Assembly: GCF_046119375.1 (NCBI RefSeq)
Contig: NW_027362768.1
Location: 144,584,001-144,648,000, forward strand
DNA: 64,000 nt
Source: Phyllobates terribilis
Lineage: Eukaryota
Direction of reading: 5' to 3'
The notes below the pieces were generated by a model. It ran no database searches. It was not told the DNA's origin and saw nothing but the letters and a program-made list of their open reading frames with translations. Of the stretch, positions 47,881 to 64,000 are shown piece by piece. Every line of letters begins with the position of its first letter. The stretch's first letter is position 1. The position numbers were made by a program, and so were the translations under genes.

Positions 47881-50207
47881 CCTCCCACGGCCGTATAAGA
47901 ACAGTGTATGGAGGAGCGGGCAAACCTTCTGGACCTTGTTAGTTCTTGTTTATAAAGGATCATCTGAAGATTGCACCGCACGTTCTTGCTGGTGAACATT
48001 TTTGACAGGAGGAGCTATGAACTGCTGATGTATTTAATTTTTTTACAAAAGGTTTTACTATAAAATTTTTAAGAATCTTTTAAACATAAGCCGATCCTCT
48101 ACTGACACCATTATCATTGATCCCACCCAAACACACCTCTGTACAAATTATAATGGGGAGGAATCGCCTATGTTATTTTTAATAGTTAAAAACAGATATT
48201 AAAATATATTTTTATATTTTGAATGTCATTTTTTTTTATTCTATTTCTATACATGATTATGGGGACGCTCATTTCTCTTGAGCTGCTGTTACCTTCATAG
48301 ATACACTTTGCAACAGCCAAATGGACCATGGATAGCAAAAGTCCGGATCTGACTCATTGACCTCTTTTTAAAAGATTGTTGTGGCAGGGAGGAGGAGGAG
48401 GAGGTGGAGGAGGTGAGCTGTGACATCACCTATTGTGAATGGTGGATCCTGTGTTATCTACTGTATATAGAGGTGTTATCAGTTATTGTCACAGCTCTCC
48501 TCCTCCTGTACATCACCTATTGTGATTAATGGAAATTATCATCTGTATATACAGGTGTTATCAGTCATTGTACAAGAGGAGGAGGAGGTGAGCTGTGACA
48601 TCACCTATTGTGAATCGTGGATCATGTGTTATCTACTCTATATAGAAAGATAAAGATAGTTTTTGTTTTAGACTCTTTTGATAAATCTGCCTCAATGAGT
48701 TTACTTCAGAGAAGTAATCTTTACAGAATGTAAAGCATTAGTTCATTATGAGGCTCAGTAAGAAATGGAACATTTTAGCGAAAAAAAAAAAATTTTATTT
48801 ATTTTTTACTAGACAGTGATATGGAAAATGAAGAAGGGAGAACAAAATATTTTAAAATTACTTATTTAATGTAGAAGTTTGACTTTAAACTGTCATTTTT
48901 TGATTCCACAAAGGCCTTCATATACAACCGTTGCCAATCGTCCAGAAATTCCTGGACCGTCAGTAAAAATAGGACACTTTTCAAACTGTCCGTTAAAATG
49001 GCATCCGTGAATTTTTATTTTTTTTTTTGAACCTGGAGAAACTAGTAGAGAATATCATCACTGTAGTTATCATTTTACAATTCACATTGAATGCGGCCAA
49101 TGTCGTCACATCAGAATTATGGGCTGTAGGCATAGATCACTAATACTCTTATTGATTTATTATGGCTTTTCAATGTGTCTGTAAAAAAATGTTACTTGTC
49201 CTTGATTTTCTGATAAGCTGTTCAGAAAATTTTCAAAATAAAGTTGGCCACCCTGTCTGTAAATCAGGTGCAATCATGGAATAAATAAAAGTTATTTTTT
49301 AACTTTCTAATATACTTTTGTGTTTTAATTATTTCCTTTTTTTTCCTCCAAGACTCTTCTTTGAGTGAGTGAATGGGAAAATGATTGTTTAAGTTTTGCT
49401 ACACTCAAGCTTGTTACAGAATAATCCAGGCTGGGTCATCTTTTGTGAAGTTAAAAGGGTTAAAGGGTTGTCCATCACTACTGGCCATATCCATTAGATG
49501 GCTGTTGACCGAAAGATTGTTCACCCAAAAGCCATCTCATCTGACTCCCCGGAGCACAGGAGTGCTCGTTCGGCCGAGCGCTCCTGTCTTCTCTATGAGA
49601 GAGCCACGGCCAGTCTGCAAGCACAACCATTCACATGTTGTCTGTACCCGCCAATATTGCCAGGTTCGGCCAACATAAGTGTAATATGTATGGCTAGCTT
49701 TTAGGATAAGCCACAAGTATCGGATCTATGGGGATCCAACAGCAAGTAATCCACCAATCAATTATCAGATCTGGCTGTGGCTGCAAGTAGACTTTGGACT
49801 GAGTGGAGTAGCCCAGCTCTGTACACTGAGCAGATCAGCTGATCAGCGGTGTAGTAGAGTTGATTCAGCAATATAGTAGACTTCACTCTGTTACAGAGTA
49901 CTAGGCAGAGCTAACTAGTTGTAGAGCTGGGTTTGTCACAGAGTCCAAGGTAGAGCTGAGTTTGTCACAGAGACCAAGGTAGAGCTGGCCAGCAGTATAG
50001 CAGAATTGTCCACATAAACAGTAGAGCTGTTTTTGGTAAGTAATACCCTGCATCTTAGAGCAAGGAAGCAGTCCACAGTAGAAATATGGACACCAATAAC
50101 CTGAATACTCTGGAGGTGTTCCGCCGCCTGAGTCATCGTATAAGACACGGGAGCATGACCTCTCCAGAATAGGACTTCATCAGAGCGTGTCATGTTAACT
50201 TGAGGCA

Positions 50208-50292
50208 GGAGGTGGATGCACAGCCTGCAGGAGGAGGATGCACAGCCTGCAGGAGGAGGATGCACAGCCTGCAGGAGGAGGATGCACAGCCT
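50208..50292. repeat. 21-bp tandem repeat x4 (AGGAGGATGCACAGCCTGCAG)
   Basis: Direct inspection. Confidence 0.85.
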
Positions 50293-50872
50293 GGAGCAGA
50301 ACAACTCCGTAACAAACTCCTTGTTAGATAGTTCTCTGATTCTTCCAGTTCAGAGATTCCATCATATGGATCATGTTGCAGGATTTGTAGGTTATGTCAA
50401 CACTTACTGGTGTGTAATAGAAAACAGCTAGACACAACTTTATGAATTTTTTTAACTAATGTCTCATTGTTTTATTCAGCACTGATATAATCTGCCGCTC
50501 TGTGTTCATGTACAACAGTCTCCGTTTGTTTCCTGCACAGTGGGTGGACAGAAGCGCTGCCGTGCAGGGTGAAAAGTAGACCAAACTGTAGGATTTGGAT
50601 GGTGGAAATGGGGGGGGTTCAAAGGTTCGACAACGATCATAATATTAAAGGGATTGTCTTTGACAATACTGCGGTCCTCTCCTCACCATTGCAAACAGCT
50701 GTTTTGGAAAGGGGAGACAGGGAGACGATCAATCCAGCTGAATTGTCCTCTGAGTGCTATATGGACAGTTGAATTCATCAGAACGGGGACTGTTCTTACA
50801 GAGCTCCTCTCCTTTCTAGCTCAGGGTGGGTCCCAATGAGGGGACCTCTTATTCTATAACCTTCATAATAAT

Positions 50873-51068
50873 GGCGCAGTCAGACGGCCGTATAAATCAG
50901 ACCGAGATCAGAACTCCTTGCACAGACTGGCCGGCGGTTCTCCCGACCCGAGCGTGAGAGCTTCATAGAAATACATGAAGTTGTCACCTTTGGGACTGGA
51001 GATCCACTGGCCAGTCCATGCTCTGTGTTCTGATTCTGGCCCGATTTATACAACCGTCTGACTGTGCC
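50873..51068. mobile_element. Small palindromic MITE
   Basis: GGCGCAGTCAGACGGCCGTATAAATC / GATTTATACAACCGTCTGACTGTGCC inverted ends. Confidence 0.6.
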
Positions 51069-52196
51069 CTATGGAATATGGACAACCCCTTTAAGGCATA
51101 TGCCATGACATTTTATCATAGGAATACTTATTTAAATTATAGTTAAAAGCTATGTAAACTTTTGCAGCAAATTTTTTTTTATTTTTATTCATTTGCTTCT
51201 GAAATGAAAATTTATGCAACTTTCTAAATTTTATTTTTTAAAACTTTCTATCATTTTGCTGCTGCAGAGTGCCTGTAAGTCATTTATCTGAGTGCTCTGC
51301 AAAAAAGACACAAGTACGTCAGAACTCTTGCTCCTGGTTCTGACTGCTCCCTGCTGTCATCTTTGTCCATAAATCATGGTCTGAGTAAAAAAAAAAGAAA
51401 AAAAAAACGCAGATGTGTGAAATCGGCCTTAGCAGGGAGGGGTGGGGGTTGTGCACATAAGTGCCGCGGGGACAAGGGAAAGTATGTAAAGTCTTATTGA
51501 GGGCAGAGAAAACAGGCTATATGCAAAGAGGAAAGCAAAGGGTGAGGAAATAAGTGCAGTTGTGGAAATGTGGTGATATATGAGCAGTGAAGACAGCAGC
51601 ACCCTGGATACATGCAGACTTCACAACCAGCCTGTATTACTGGGAGAGGCACTCCTATAAGAGACAAACCTGAAACTGCATATGAAAATGATTAAAGGGA
51701 TAAAGATTGCAAACTGAAACTTTTATTAACTAAAGGTAACCACTAACATGTAGAAATATTTTTTTTTTCAACGTCAGAGGTGTCCCTAGCCGTTACACAT
51801 GGTATACGGTATTACCAATTTATGTTGGACACTCCTGACAACTTTTATATATTTGTAAATATATACAGAATGATCTTTTATTAATTTACCTTCCGAACAC
51901 TTGGGTTACTTTTATTATGACATTATACATGCCCTTTTGGCAAGCAGACTGATACATTATCTGCATGTGACCTATAGTTACTTCGATGTGCACCTTTTGA
52001 TTTAAGATGCTATTGGATATAAAACAGGCACATGTGGATATAGATTGTCACGTGCTGTATATAACCAGCACGATTATGGAGTTCTTGACTTCCTTGTGTC
52101 CATTCTTGTATTAGAAGCGCATAGAGTGATCTTTCTTCTTGATGTCCATTACCCTTCTCATTGGGTTGTAGCACTGTTCATGGTGATCATACAGTG

Positions 52197-62173
<9,977 letters not shown>

Positions 62174-62409
62174 TGAGTGGTTGGAGTGGTACTCCTCATA
62201 GTGCCAAAAAGAGATACCTTGGTCTAAGGCCTGAAAGAGAAAGCCACCACCATTGCCATTGTTGCTTAATTGTTCTTATAATGTTTAAAGGGGTTTTCCA
62301 GGGAATATAGTTTTTATGGGCACAGACTGCTTCAAAAATATTAAAAAGTAACACCTACCCCCTCACCAATTTCCCATAGCTTTTATACCAACATGAAACT
62401 GCAAGGCCA

Positions 62410-63615
62410 TAATAATAATAATAATAATAATAATTTTTATTTATATAGAGTCAACATATTCTGCAGCACTTTACAATTAAGCGGGAACATGTACAGACAA
62501 TAAATTCAATACAATTTAAGACAGTTTAAACAGTTACATTAGGAGTGAGGTCCCTGGTCGCAAGCTTACAATCTACAAGGAAATGGGGGGACACAATAGG
62601 TGAAAAGTGCTTGTTATTTCAGGTCTAGCAATTATAATAAATAGGGATTTTCATACCAAGTTGCATGATCCGGTCATCAGCCCGTATGTTTAACTGCAAT
62701 ACTCAAGTACCAAGTGCAGTTATTGTGTGCATGGAGGGTGTGGAGACAGATGAATAGTAGGGTGCAGATTCGGAATAATATTTAGAAGGAGGGAACAGGG
62801 GAAAGTTAGTTTACTGAGTAGTTGAGGTGGTAGGCTTGTTTAAAGAAATGGGTTTTTAAAGCAAGCTTGAAGACATGAGGGCTAGACATCAGTCGGATCG
62901 TCTGGGGTAGAGCATTCCAGAGAACTGGCGCAGCACGAGAGAAGTCTTGGAGACGGAGGTGCGAGGTTCGGATTATGGGGGACGTTAGTCTTAGGTCATT
63001 TGTAGAATGGAGGGCACGTGTAGGGTGATAGACAGAGGTGAGAGAGGAGATATAAGGCGGTGCAGAACTGTGGAGAGCTTTGTGGGTGAGAGCGATGAGT
63101 TTATATTGGACCCTGTAACGAATGGGCAACCATTGTAATGACTGGCACAAGGTGGAGGCATCAGTGAAGCGACTGGACAGAAATACGACACTGGCTGCCG
63201 CATTCAGGATGGATTGGGAGGAGAATGTTTGGTAAGAGGGAGACTGATCAGAAGAGAGTTGCAGTAGTACAGACGAGAGTGAATAAGAGCGACAGTAAGA
63301 ATTTTAGCAGTTTCAAAGGTGAGAAAAGGTCGGATTCTGGAGATGTTTTTAAGATGCAGGTGACAAGAGCGAGTGAGTGATCGGATATAGGGAGTAAAGG
63401 AAAGGTTAGTGTTGAATATGACCCCAAGACAGCGGGCGTGCTGCTTGGGAGTTATGGTTGAACCCTCCAAGGTAATTTCGATGTTAGGTAGAGTTAGGTT
63501 AGTAGAGGAGAGAAACACAAGAAGTTCAGTTTTGGAGAGATTCAGTTTAAGATAGAGGGAGGACATGATGTTAGAGACAGCAGACAGAAAATCCTTGGTA
63601 TTTTGTATTAGGGTA
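62410..63615 (-). mobile_element. 5'-truncated L2-clade LINE just upstream of CDCP2
   Basis: ORFs 63204..63566 (LKLNLSKTEL, RCLGVIF, IHSRLYYCNSLL) and 62806..63150 (LQWLPIRYRVQYK, FKLALKTHFF). 3' end TGTAAAGTGCTGCAG...AATAAA followed by (ATT)n. Confidence 0.88.
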
Positions 63616-63628
63616 GATCATTAGAGAC

Positions 63629-63910
63629 TAGTGATGGGCGAGCACTAAAATGCTCGGGTGCTCGATGCTCAGGTCGAGCAAATTGGAATACTCGGGTGCT
63701 CGACCCGAGCAACGAGCCCAATGTAAGTCTATGGGAAACTCGAGCATTTTTCAGGCGGCTCCCCCCGGCGGTCTGCAGAGGGCCTAAAAATTGCCCAAAT
63801 TGATGGGAACAGTGCTCAAATGACATGGGAACAGCATGGGGAAGACCCCTGGAAGCATTTCTGACTCCCAGGTCACTGCTGTCAACAACGTTGTCAGAGG
63901 TATTATGCCA
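63629..63910. mobile_element. Non-autonomous DNA-element fragment (TAGTGATGGGCGAGC start, TGCTCG/CGAGCA repeats)
   Basis: Palindromic subterminal repeats. Right end not found. Confidence 0.4.
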
Positions 63911-64000
63911 CTTGGGGCGGCCCACCTATTGGATAGTGGTCACACAGTCTATCCAATAGGTGGGCCACCCCATAGTCTTTTCCATCCCCTTTCCTGTACT

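Overview
Vertebrate genomic DNA, very likely from an anuran (inferred from the transposon and minisatellite families and from protein divergence). It holds the conserved gene block LDLRAD1(-) / TMEM59(-) / TCEANC2(+) / CDCP2(-). I reconstructed every coding exon by hand from GT-AG boundaries, exon phases and recalled human/mouse orthologue sequences: LDLRAD1 exons 1-4 (3' exons off the left edge), TMEM59 8 exons (316 aa), TCEANC2 4 coding exons (207 aa) and CDCP2 6 exons (542 aa). The introns are packed with mobile DNA: at least seven Tc1/mariner-type elements, a TTAA-flanked piggyBac with an open but N-terminally truncated DDD transposase, a non-autonomous Helitron, CR1, L1 and L2 LINE remnants, hAT/Kolobok/Harbinger-type MITEs and a solo LTR. 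There are also six large minisatellites, which explain the giant repetitive ORFs in the track, and two assembly gaps. I see no prokaryotic-type system and no CRISPR. The best leads are a ZP-N-like module with a tail-less hydrophobic C-terminus in CDCP2, an ultra-compact TMEM59/TCEANC2 bidirectional promoter flanked by a tandem array of ZNF143/THAP11-like motifs, a Helitron-borne candidate poison exon in TMEM59, and several young or nearly intact transposases. All orthologue and family assignments are from memory of known sequences, not database searches.
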